Shown here one piece after another: positions 9,201-17,592 of a stretch of 35,028 bases of DNA (position 1 is its first letter; the number at the start of each line of letters is the position of its first letter). Location of the stretch: NCBI GenBank assembly GCA_964645985.1, contig CAZYCC010000003.1:13943-48970 (forward strand). Direction: 5' to 3'. Under the pieces are notes generated by a model. It was not told where the DNA came from. It saw only the letters and a list, made by a program, of their open reading frames with translations, and searched no databases. The translations under genes were made by a program, and so were the position numbers. This stretch comes from an uncultured Lachnospiraceae bacterium (GTDB lineage Bacteria; Bacillota; Clostridia; Oscillospirales; CAG-272).

Positions 9201-12200
9201 TTAAGCGCGAGGTCAAGCGCGACGGCACAGACCCCGAAGGATCGCTTGAGCGCAACGTCCCTTCGGTCAAATACAAGCTGCTTGAAATTCTCACTTTGGG
9301 CACTTGGGCCTCGGACGACCCCGTCACCTACACGGTGAAAGATCCGAGCGATAAGACCTCAAATGTCGCGAGTATAGAATACTATGTCGATGAGGGAACA
9401 AGCGTTGACGATCGGGACATTCTAGAAGAAAAGGACCGGGGAGGGCAGATCGCCTGGAAACCTTACGATGAGGGCGGCATTCTCATCGACGAGGAGGACA
9501 AAACGAACCGCGAGTTCGTCGTCTATGTGAAAATCAAAGACAACGCGGGCAACGTTACCTACCTCAATTCCGCGGGAACGGTCTATGACCACTCCGAGCC
9601 TGTCGTCGTGCTCGAACCCGCCTCCGTGGGCAACACCCCCGTATCCGGCGCGGGAGAGGGGTATTGGCTGGGCGATGTCACCTACACGCTGTCGGTTAAG
9701 GACGGACTGCCGACCTCGGGTCTTTCGCGCGTGTTCTACACCATCACCGTGAATACCGTAAGCGGCGACGTAAAGAAAGCCGTCACATCGACAGACGGGC
9801 CGGTGGAGCTCTTTACCTTTGATCTCGGGGGCGATGAGGAGCGCGTTTCCGACTATCAAAAGAACGATATAAAGATTCTCTCCGAAGGGCTGCTGGAAAA
9901 TGACACGGTGACGCTCACCGTCACCGCCGTAGACCTCGCGGGCAACAAAACCGACGATAAGCTCGTGATGCACGTCATCGACAAGGCGGCGGTGGTTACC
10001 CTCTCGCAGATCGAGGAGAACTTCTATCAGGACGATCGCGAGATGACCATCACCATCGCGGGAAGACCGAACACTTTCGATGCGGATAAAGTCGGCATCC
10101 ACTATACGGCAAAGAACGCGAGGGGTGATGATGTTCAAGGCACCGTCATCCTTCCGCAGAAAAACGACTGGACAGCAGAGCCTGACGGCAGTCGACACGC
10201 TACCGTCGTCTTTAGAGCGGACGCCAATTACAGCGACATCGAAGTGACCTACACCGACCCCGGGGTAAAAGAATCGCTCGTCGGCAGCGCGTCTCTCGGA
10301 AACGGCTTCACGGTTGACCGCACCGATCCTTACGGCAAGCTCGTTCTCGCGGATACTACATGGAGCACCCTCGCCGAGACGCTGACCTTCGGGCTTTACC
10401 GCTCGAGCACTGTTCATGTTTCCACAAAGGATGTGGACGATGACACCTGCGTGCCCGCTCCGAGCGTCTCCTATATTAAGACAAGCGATGACACGCCCAA
10501 GACGGTGGATGATCTTGAAGCGGAGACTTCGTGGCAGGCCTTTTCCCCGTTTGACATCACAACCGATGAGATCATCGTCATCTATCTGAAAATCGTCGAC
10601 TCTGCAGGGAACACCACTTATATCAGCTCAAACGGCCTAATCCTCGACACGAGGGGGGCGACGATCACCCTCACGCCGACCGTCGCGGCAAACGAAAACG
10701 GTTACTATAACGGCGATGTCCCGGTGCAGGTTCATGTGGAAGACAATATGGGGGATACCTACGCCGGTCTTCGCAGCGTAAGATACACCATTTCCCATAG
10801 CGATCCTTCGGGGAGCGGTTCTTCCGCGTCGGTCTCCGGTTCCTTCCCCATCGAGGAAAAAGAAGACCCCACGCTCGCCGACCGCGTCAAAACCCTTAAT
10901 GAAACGATCACCGTCCCCTCCGGCCAATTCAACGCGGACGACATCGTCCTGACCGTCGAGGCGTACGATAACGCGGGCAACCGCGCCGTAGAGGAGCTTC
11001 CCCTCAAGATCGATATAACGGCGCCGGTAATCAGTCTTTCCTACGATATAACGAAAGGCAACCTCCACACGGTGAACGGAGAGCAGCGCGGCTACTTCGG
11101 CAGCGCGCGCACGGCGACCATCACCATCACCGAGCGCTCATCCACCTTCGATGCGCAGGCGGCGACGGCAGGCATCACCTTCACCGCCGTCGACCGGGCG
11201 GGCAACGCCCTCGCGCTCGACCGTGACCGGATGATCTCCTCGTGGGAAACGCACGAGGGATCGACTCCCGATGAGGCAACCCATACAGCGACCGTCTCCT
11301 TCGATGTCGACGGGAACTACACGCTCGGCATCGTCTACACCGACCGCGCGGGCAACGCGGCGAAGGGCGTCATTGTCCCCGTGGGAACCGACGCGCCCTA
11401 TCTCTTTACCGTTGACCGTATAGACCCGCTCGCGACCCTTACCATCGAGAGCAACAGCTGGGATAGCCTGCTGGATGTGCTCACCTTTGGGATCTGGAGC
11501 CGCAGCTCCGTCACCGTCCGCGCGGACGCGGACGACGCGACGAGTCCCTTCACGGTCGACTACGTCAAGCTCGACACGCCCGCCGCGCTCACGCGGGCGG
11601 AGCTCGACGCGCGCACCGACTGGTCGGCTTTCACCGAGATTACCGTGGACGCGGAGAGCGCGGACGAGCGCTTCGCCGTGTATCTGCGCGTGCTCGACTA
11701 CGCGGGCAACCGCCTGTACGTTAGCTCTGACGGGCATATCGTGGAAAAGACCGCGCCCGCCATCACCCTTACCCCGGATCCGACCGACATCATGCACAAC
11801 GGCGTCGGCGTCTACACGGGCGACGTCAATGTTCTTCTGAATATCGACGAGAACGAGCCCTCCTCCGGCATTCGCCGGGTGGAATATTGGGTCACCTGCC
11901 GAGGCGTTGAGACAGCGCGCGAGACGCTCTTCTCCTTCGACTACACCCGCGCGTGGGGGCACAGCAGCAATGGCGGTCACCTCGCGATCACCGAGAACGG
12001 CGCCACCACCGAGCAGGATGGCACAACCCCCGGGGCGGGCGACCTTGTCACGCACTTCGCGCGGACTATCGTTATCGACGCGGAGGAGAACAACAGCTGC
12101 GATGTGGTGCTCTCGGTTGCCGTCACCGACAACGCGGGCAACTACACCGGTCGATCGATCCCGCTCGACATCGACATCACCCGCCCGACAATCTCGCTCT

Positions 12201-15200
12201 CCTTTGATAACAACGCGCCGCGCAAGATTGTCTCTGGGCGCGGTTACTATCCCGCCGCGCGCACGGCGACGGTGACTATCACGGAGCGCAGCGCGCACTT
12301 CAGCGAGGAGGACGCGCGTGCGGGAATCGCGATCTCCGCGTTCGATTCGCGCGCGCGTACCGCTGTGGAGGATGTGTCCGCCCTCATCTCCGATTTCACA
12401 ACCGCCGAGGGGGGCGACGAGAACAGCGCGACGCACACCGCGACCATCGCCTTCACGCAGGACGCGAACTATACCCTCTCGCTTTCCTACACGGACATCG
12501 CCGCTCTCGGAAACGAGGCGGTGGACACCGGTTCGTCCGAGACGCCCTATTTCTTTACCGTAGACACCATCGCCCCGACCGGCAGCGTCTTTGTGGACGG
12601 CGAGCGGCGCTTCGGCAGCTGGGAGGGTCTTGTGCAGACGCTCACCTTCGGATTGTGGAGCCGCGACACGCTGACTGTCTCCGGGACGAGCGATGACGCG
12701 ACCTCCCCCATTGAGTCATTCGACTACATTAAAACATCCGCAACCGCGGCGATGACGATCTCCGACCTTGACGCGGCGGACGACTGGCAGTCCTTCACCG
12801 GGCTGGAGGTGGCGAGCAACGAACGGTTTGTCGTCTACCTGCGCATCATCGACAACGCTGGCAACACCACCTACCTCAGCACAGACGGTGTCGTTGTGGA
12901 CGATACCTTCCCGGTAGTGGAGAACATCGGTCCCGAGATTACCGTCACGCCGCCGCAGCCGGTCAACGGATTTTATAATAGCGACATCACCGTCGCGGTG
13001 CGCGTTGTTGACCCGATCATCGGCGAGACCGGCGCGTACTCTGGTCTTGCCGAGGTCCGCTATGAGGTGCTGAACCTTGGCGAGGTGACGCAGAGCGGTG
13101 TGCTCTACAACTTCCCGATGCGCAGCCCGACGCAGGCCGATCTCGTGCAAACCTGGGAGAGCGAGAGCGCGATCGTCGTCGACCGCTCGCTCAACAACAG
13201 CAATTTCGTCACCGTCCGCGTCTTCGCACGCGACAACGCGGGCAACGAGAGCGAAAAGGAACAGCCGCTTCAAATCGACACCACCGCTCCCACCATCTCG
13301 GTCATCTACGACAACAACGACGGCGACACTACCTTCGCGGGCGGCACCTACTTTAAGGATTCCCGCGCGGCGGTGATCTCCATCGTCGAGCGCAACTTTA
13401 ACCCCGACAAGGTGAGCATCACCGTCCTGCGCGACGGCACGGCTCTGCCGGTTCGCCCGACCTTCACGAGTGCCGCCGGGCGCAGCGCGAACGGCGATGA
13501 CGCTGTTCACACGGCGACGGTCAGCTTTGATAGCGACGGCGACTACTCCTTTGCCATCGCTTACACGGACGAGGCGGGCAACGCGAGCGCTCCGGTCAGC
13601 TACGGGAGTTCTCTCTCGCCCACTGTCTTTACTGTCGACCGCACGAGCCCGACCCTCTCGGTCGAGTACGATAACAACGAGGTGCGAGGAGGAAGCTACT
13701 ACAAGGCATCGCGCACAGCGACCCTCACCCTCGTGGAGCACAACTTCGAGCCCTCGCGCGCGCAGATCACCCTCTCGGCGAGCGACGACGGGGCAACCTC
13801 GGATCTGCCGGTGATAAGCGATTGGACCTCGAGCGGCGACACGCACACACTCACCATCTCCTACGACGCCGATTCGCTCTACACCTTCGACTTCGACTAC
13901 ACCGATATGGCGGGCAACCGCACGGTAGACATCGAACAGCAAAGTTTCACGGTCGATAAGACCGCGCCTCGCGTGATCATTCGCAAGTCGCTCTCCGGGC
14001 AGGGGTCCGAGCGTGACGAGAGTCTCGATCAATCGGCGAACAATCAGCCGGGCAACATCGGCTTCGTTATCGATGTTACCGACACCAACTTCGAGCGTTT
14101 CGTCCCCTCGCTAAAGAGTGTCACCCTCGACGATCAAGGTTTCGCCGAGGAGAACCTCAATATAGGCGAGGTCGGCACGAGTTCGGACATTTCCCACGGG
14201 GCGAGCTACGCTGTGCAAAACCTCGAGCAGGACGGCATCTACACCATCCGCTGCGAGGCGGTAGACAAGGCGGGCAACGCGTATACCGAGATTCACCTCC
14301 TCGATAAAGAAGGCAAGGAGTACACCGAGGATCGCGCGGGGAGCGACGACCTCGTCACCTTCTCGGTCAATCGCGACGGCTCCACCTTCCGCCTCGACGA
14401 GGCGACGACGGCGCTCGTGCAGAACTACTACGTCCCGCGCCCCTCCTCCGACATCGTCATCGAGGAGATTAATCCCGACGCGCTCACATCGCAGCAGCTC
14501 TCGGTCAATGAGAAAGCGCTCGCCAAGGACAGCGCCTTCTCCATCGAGCAGAGCGGCGGGGACGGGCAGTGGATGCGCTACACCTACAAAGTGCCCGCCG
14601 CCACCTTCGAGAACGAAGGGCAGTACAAGGTGGTCGTTTCCTCGCACGACAAGGCGGGCAACGACGCCTTCAGCGATGTTAAGAAAGCGTCAATCGAGTT
14701 CGTCGTCGACAGAACCGCTCCGCTCGTCACGGTAAGCGGCCTGCGCGAGGACGGCCGCTACCGCACCGATCGCCAGCGCGTAACGCTCACGCCGGTTGAC
14801 GACGGCGGCGCACTTTCCTCGCTCATCGTCCGCATCGTTGAGGTCGATCGGGACGGCAACGTGACCGACACCGTGAAGGAGATTCTTAACCTCTCGGGTG
14901 AGGAGCTGCAGAAGGCGCTTGAGGAGGGTGGCGGCAGCATCTCCTTTGAGCTGGAGGAGGGGCTGTTCCAGAATGTGCAGATCCTCTGCACGGATAGCTC
15001 AGGAGAGGGCAATGTCTTTGAACAGGTGTTCACCGATGTGTCTGTTTCCGCGAGCGGATTCATGATCTTCTGGGCCAATAAGCCTCTGCGCTGGGGTATC
15101 ATCGGCGGCGTCGGAGGGATCCTGCTTCTGCTGATTCTCTTCCTCATCTTCCGCCGCAAGAAAAAGGACGAGGACGAGAGTGCCGCTCCCGCGGCAGGGA

Positions 15201-15247
15201 AGTCCTCTTCCGAGAAGAGCAAAGGAAACAAGGGAAAGCAAGGATAG
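6263..15247 (+). CDS. Giant (2994 aa) surface protein: signal peptide, CarboxypepD_reg/Cna-B-like domains, Big_2-like repeats, Ig-like DxAGN repeats, C-terminal TM anchor
   Basis: Signal peptide RRATRLAALFLTLATLFTCLPALTPAA. IAGVVQDADGGAPIDGASVTL...GTYTLTVTK is CarboxypepD_reg-like. Many D(N/S/R/Y/M/K)AGN Ig-like motifs. Ends WGIIGGVGGILLLLILFLIF-RRKKK. AAAGGA upstream of ATG6263. Confidence 0.9.
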   Translation: MSNKQSGAQTSARPRRATRLAALFLTLATLFTCLPALTPAAEAPLAKKDFTVTVTGAMVRLYDATVKIFEKGAAGEPIETKSTDFTGVATFSLEDDPAKSYTYEVSKTGYTTRTGDVDLSAGEVKVTLEWRAKRTIAGVVQDADGGAPIDGASVTLKGEDLGEEGQTETTEADGKFSFPDIYEGTYTLTVTKKEYKKSETAVDFERSDNIVIELSKKTENSLSFEGIDPEAGIVIAYNTQVTHAAKSDKGRVGIKYSVNEEGAGVVSVDPDSGQVTAIKPGDATITASLEENDEYLACAVSYKVKVVPAAQASFSFDDTIPEAMEWDDGPFTYAATGGSGDGKITYSIDSQNPENTATINPDTGALTATRPGTVTVKATKDGGDNYKVAEASYTIEFEKATQSPLAFQFIGDSDSHSVVYGGAFWASAIGGSTDEAIVYSISDEGKSLATVDAFGIVTPLGKGTVTVKAVRPGGDLYNDVEATYELDILPAERVETGFKIEGGSFNKKCGENNNTFTNPIEFGDRESPSEVSYSTTASCVSVDGEGVVTLKGRGIAMITATVAENEQYKERTYSYILFIDGADQEITFANDPVPPLTYGENVTYTNKASAKPTGTAAAPEDVPVSTITYSITSSYPDENTASIDSATGKVTPLKAGKVVITATAAPTSWYNGASASYTLTIQRADQTVHFEKGQVEEDRVSVEVTFNDNGNHFQNKLLSDEISVVDAKVSYKVTSGGEYVSADDGGESIGDGKFLPEESKGSFTILGAKTIVVEATIEETEQYNAATLSYTLTVHKDQQSVSFEKSGTVTVFAGHNLKGYNVSAPGQLTVTQSELHGEGAITYSCENDGSGDEQVIKSLTPEGQLELTYNAGSVTIKASVAEDENYEGASDSFTLQVKWWEPDNPDDYFTLDGDKNDPDNEWFTGDVTLRGAKGATVGFEHQNGSSDFEESHLLEAANEDGTYEIEFRLRSWNGDISSPIKREVKRDGTDPEGSLERNVPSVKYKLLEILTLGTWASDDPVTYTVKDPSDKTSNVASIEYYVDEGTSVDDRDILEEKDRGGQIAWKPYDEGGILIDEEDKTNREFVVYVKIKDNAGNVTYLNSAGTVYDHSEPVVVLEPASVGNTPVSGAGEGYWLGDVTYTLSVKDGLPTSGLSRVFYTITVNTVSGDVKKAVTSTDGPVELFTFDLGGDEERVSDYQKNDIKILSEGLLENDTVTLTVTAVDLAGNKTDDKLVMHVIDKAAVVTLSQIEENFYQDDREMTITIAGRPNTFDADKVGIHYTAKNARGDDVQGTVILPQKNDWTAEPDGSRHATVVFRADANYSDIEVTYTDPGVKESLVGSASLGNGFTVDRTDPYGKLVLADTTWSTLAETLTFGLYRSSTVHVSTKDVDDDTCVPAPSVSYIKTSDDTPKTVDDLEAETSWQAFSPFDITTDEIIVIYLKIVDSAGNTTYISSNGLILDTRGATITLTPTVAANENGYYNGDVPVQVHVEDNMGDTYAGLRSVRYTISHSDPSGSGSSASVSGSFPIEEKEDPTLADRVKTLNETITVPSGQFNADDIVLTVEAYDNAGNRAVEELPLKIDITAPVISLSYDITKGNLHTVNGEQRGYFGSARTATITITERSSTFDAQAATAGITFTAVDRAGNALALDRDRMISSWETHEGSTPDEATHTATVSFDVDGNYTLGIVYTDRAGNAAKGVIVPVGTDAPYLFTVDRIDPLATLTIESNSWDSLLDVLTFGIWSRSSVTVRADADDATSPFTVDYVKLDTPAALTRAELDARTDWSAFTEITVDAESADERFAVYLRVLDYAGNRLYVSSDGHIVEKTAPAITLTPDPTDIMHNGVGVYTGDVNVLLNIDENEPSSGIRRVEYWVTCRGVETARETLFSFDYTRAWGHSSNGGHLAITENGATTEQDGTTPGAGDLVTHFARTIVIDAEENNSCDVVLSVAVTDNAGNYTGRSIPLDIDITRPTISLSFDNNAPRKIVSGRGYYPAARTATVTITERSAHFSEEDARAGIAISAFDSRARTAVEDVSALISDFTTAEGGDENSATHTATIAFTQDANYTLSLSYTDIAALGNEAVDTGSSETPYFFTVDTIAPTGSVFVDGERRFGSWEGLVQTLTFGLWSRDTLTVSGTSDDATSPIESFDYIKTSATAAMTISDLDAADDWQSFTGLEVASNERFVVYLRIIDNAGNTTYLSTDGVVVDDTFPVVENIGPEITVTPPQPVNGFYNSDITVAVRVVDPIIGETGAYSGLAEVRYEVLNLGEVTQSGVLYNFPMRSPTQADLVQTWESESAIVVDRSLNNSNFVTVRVFARDNAGNESEKEQPLQIDTTAPTISVIYDNNDGDTTFAGGTYFKDSRAAVISIVERNFNPDKVSITVLRDGTALPVRPTFTSAAGRSANGDDAVHTATVSFDSDGDYSFAIAYTDEAGNASAPVSYGSSLSPTVFTVDRTSPTLSVEYDNNEVRGGSYYKASRTATLTLVEHNFEPSRAQITLSASDDGATSDLPVISDWTSSGDTHTLTISYDADSLYTFDFDYTDMAGNRTVDIEQQSFTVDKTAPRVIIRKSLSGQGSERDESLDQSANNQPGNIGFVIDVTDTNFERFVPSLKSVTLDDQGFAEENLNIGEVGTSSDISHGASYAVQNLEQDGIYTIRCEAVDKAGNAYTEIHLLDKEGKEYTEDRAGSDDLVTFSVNRDGSTFRLDEATTALVQNYYVPRPSSDIVIEEINPDALTSQQLSVNEKALAKDSAFSIEQSGGDGQWMRYTYKVPAATFENEGQYKVVVSSHDKAGNDAFSDVKKASIEFVVDRTAPLVTVSGLREDGRYRTDRQRVTLTPVDDGGALSSLIVRIVEVDRDGNVTDTVKEILNLSGEELQKALEEGGGSISFELEEGLFQNVQILCTDSSGEGNVFEQVFTDVSVSASGFMIFWANKPLRWGIIGGVGGILLLLILFLIFRRKKKDEDESAAPAAGKSSSEKSKGNKGKQG
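6911..8960 (+). repeat. About 7 tandem Big_2-like Ig domains (protein-level repeat)
   Basis: Recurrent pattern Q..(L/I/V).F ... (I/V).YS ... (V/I)D..(T/S)G.VT...G...(I/V).A ... Y ...(S/T)Y.(L/I).(I/V), with units beginning SLSFE, SFSFD, PLAFQ, GFKIE, ITFAN, VHFEK, VSFEK. Boundaries approximate. Confidence 0.7.
9221..13636 (+). repeat. Four tandem three-domain super-repeats (365, 366, 383, 358 aa)
   Basis: Units start at Asp codons 9221 (DGTDP), 10316 (DRTDP), 11414 (DRIDP) and 12563 (DTIAP); the next boundary is 13637 (DRTSP). Each carries LT(L/F)G(T/L/I)(W/Y), Y(L/V).I.D.AGN..Y.S, (S/A)G(L/I)..V.Y and R...I.I..R..F. Confidence 0.8.
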
Positions 15248-15325
15248 ATCGCCCGAGAAAGTCACAAGGCGGCGTTCCCGGCGGCATCGCGAAGCCCGGA
15301 GCCAATTGCAGCAAACGAACCCGGT

Positions 15326-15364
15326 ATAAAGAAAATCGCGCGTCACTCGCGCGATTTTCTTTAT
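15326..15364 (+). terminator. Intrinsic terminator (perfect 17-bp inverted repeat, probably bidirectional)
   Basis: ATAAAGAAAATCGCGCG-tcact-CGCGCGATTTTCTTTAT, starting 79 nt after the giant gene's stop. Confidence 0.85.
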
Positions 15365-15585
15365 GGAAACGAGGGTACAAACCGTAAAAAGCGCGTTTTA
15401 ACAAAGCGATCCGCTTCTCGCGGTGCCGCCACCCGTTCTTTCCTCGCGCGCCCCCTCGCGCGGGAGATACAGAATTTTTTCTTTTGCGGGTCGCGCGCGC
15501 CTATCCCCGCCTCGCGTTTGCTTGCGTTTCATCTCCCCTTTCCCCGCCCCACGCTCGCTGCGCCGCGAAAATTTACATTTTCCCC

Positions 15586-15614
15586 TATACAAAGGGCGGG
15601 GAATGTGGTAAAAT
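15586..15614 (+). promoter_or_regulatory. Putative sigma-A promoter for rlmB
   Basis: TATACA (15586-15591), 17-nt spacer, TAAAAT (15609-15614), with a TGTG extended -10 element at 15604-15607. Confidence 0.6.
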
Positions 15615-15664
15615 GACTAAGAATAAAGAGAATTATGGGTTAGCGCGCGGCGGCGCGAGGTGCG

Positions 15665-16693
15665 ATGGTGTCTGATCATAGCAAAGAAAACCGCGCGCCG
15701 CGGGAGAACTCTTTCGGCGGGCGAGAAGGGCAGTCGCCCCCCTGCGGCAGGGGCGGCGCGGCGGGGGTAGGCCCTCGCGACAGCGCGCCAAAACGGCGCC
15801 GGGAGGGCGCGGCCGCCTCTTTACCTGACAATTCCGAGAGGAACCGAGGAGGCGCCGCAGGAGAGGAATCACCCACTCGCGGTAGCGAGCGATTCTCGCG
15901 CGCGCCGTGCGAGAAGAGAAACGGCGGGGAGGGAGAAAGCGGGCGGCGGAGCGCGCCCGCCGAGGGGGTGGTTGTCGGGCGATCGGCGGTGATGGAGCTG
16001 CTTGCGAGCGGCGCGCCGGTCGAAAAACTGTACCTGCAAAAGGGCGCGCGCGAGGGGTCGATCACTCTCATCGAGTCGCGCGCCATCGCGGCGGGTTTGC
16101 CTGTCGTGGAGGTCGGGCGGGAGGCGCTTGACCGCCTCTCCGGGGGGCTGCGCCACCAAGGTGTCGCCGCTGTAGCCGGGGCGAAGGAAACCGTTTCGCT
16201 CGAGGACATCCTAAAAATCGCCGAGGATCGCGGCGAGCCGCCCTTTCTGCTGCTCGCCGACGGTGTCGAGGACCCCGGGAACCTCGGGGCGCTCATTCGA
16301 TCGGCGGAGGGGGCGGGCGCGCACGGCATCGTTATCCCGAAGCGGCGCGGCGCTCCTCTCGGGGCAGCGGCGGCGCGATCATCGGCGGGAGCGCTTTCGC
16401 ATATCGCGGTCTCGCGCGTGCCGGGGATCCCCGCGGCTCTTGACAAACTGAAGCGCGCGGGCGTGTGGATTTTCGGCGCGGATATGGACGGGGACGACTA
16501 CGGCTCGGTCGATTTTTCGGGGCCGGCGGCGCTCGTCGTCGGCGGGGAGGGTAGGGGTCTCTCGCACCTGACACGCGAGAAGTGCGACTTTCTCGTCTCC
16601 ATCCCGATGTACGGCAAGGTGAACTCGCTCAACGTTTCCTGCGCCGCCGCGGTCCTTCTCTGCGAGGCGGCAAGGCAGCGCCACGGGAAATAG
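15665..16693 (+). CDS. rlmB: 23S rRNA (Gm2251) 2'-O-methyltransferase RlmB (SpoU/TrmH family) with low-complexity N-terminal extension
   Basis: Motifs HQGVAA, DGVEDPGNLGALIRSA, VVGGEGRGL, IPMYGKVNSLNVS. GAGGTG precedes ATG15665. The homologous core starts near 15965. Confidence 0.9.
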   Translation: MVSDHSKENRAPRENSFGGREGQSPPCGRGGAAGVGPRDSAPKRRREGAAASLPDNSERNRGGAAGEESPTRGSERFSRAPCEKRNGGEGESGRRSAPAEGVVVGRSAVMELLASGAPVEKLYLQKGAREGSITLIESRAIAAGLPVVEVGREALDRLSGGLRHQGVAAVAGAKETVSLEDILKIAEDRGEPPFLLLADGVEDPGNLGALIRSAEGAGAHGIVIPKRRGAPLGAAAARSSAGALSHIAVSRVPGIPAALDKLKRAGVWIFGADMDGDDYGSVDFSGPAALVVGGEGRGLSHLTREKCDFLVSIPMYGKVNSLNVSCAAAVLLCEAARQRHGK

Positions 16694-17089
16694 GGGCGTG
16701 CCGACCGAGAAAAGCGCGAGGCCGCTCTCAAAAAGGAAGAAGAACCCCGAATGATGCGGCGCGGGGAGCGGGTTTCGCGCTTTCCCCTCGCGCGTGAGCG
16801 CGGCGTTGCCGCTTCGCGCGGTGCGCGCGGGAGTGGCACGAGACCCTTCACGAAGGATTTATGTTCGCGTGTCCCACCGCTGCTACTCGCAGCGCGGTAG
16901 AGGCGCGGCTAGGTCGACCGAGAAGAGCGCGAGGCGGGCCACGCGCAAGCGCGCCCCCGCACTTCGAGAGGGAAAACTCAGGTTTATTTGACGCAGGGGG
17001 GAGATAGCGCGTTTTCCGTCGCGAGGCTCCGCCGCAAGAGCGGGGCGCCATGGCGCGATATATTCCGCGCACCGTCCTTGCGCCCTCAC

Positions 17090-17329
17090 AGCTCGTCCCC
17101 GGGCGGCGCGAGTAACGGTTGACGCCGCGGCCGCGCTGGTCTGCGAGTCTCTTCGGTCGCCGAAGAGACGGCGCGGCGGAAGACCTCTATCTTTACGAAA
17201 CGTAAGGAACCGAGCGGAAGAATGATCCCTTTGGCGGGATTGCCGGGCAGAACCCGTAAATTTACCGGGAGCGGCGCGGCGCGGATTTTCACAGGCGATG
17301 AAGTGTAGATTGCCGGGGCGCGGGGAGCT
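17090..17329. ncRNA. Candidate structured non-coding RNA of unknown class
   Basis: Ends can pair (AGCTC/GAGCT; CCCCGG 17097-17102 with CCGGGG 17313-17318). Internal hairpins at 17147-17169 (10-bp perfect), 17191-17207, 17225-17240 and 17244-17256. Followed by a T-rich tract. No known family recognised. Confidence 0.3.
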
Positions 17330-17592
17330 TTGTATTTTATCCGCGCATTACCCGCGCGGCTGCGTGGGATGAGCGCACCGCGAGCGGCGGGGCATCGCGC
17401 AACTCCCCCTTTTCGCGAAAAACAGCAAGAGCGCGCGGGAGCGCCCGCATCGCGGGCGATAGCGCTCGCCGTGATTAGCGATGTCGCGGGTCGGTTCGCG
17501 GGGCAGCGCGCGGCGACTACGAGCGCCCCGGTGAACGCTGCCGCGCGGGTTTGTTCTCTTTCGATTTCGTTTTCCTATCCGATGGGGTGGTT

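Noticed and set aside
16896-16906. GGTAGAGGCGC resembling the start of a lysine riboswitch
   Set aside because: Downstream conserved elements (AGTA loop-E at the right spacing, ACTGTC, closing P1) are missing, and no lysine-related gene follows.
17216-17270. GAATGA...CAGAACCCG resembling the RNase P RNA 3' end
   Set aside because: No GAGGAAAGTCC 5' element and no P4 complementarity (CAGAACCCG is followed by TAAATT, not GCTTA).
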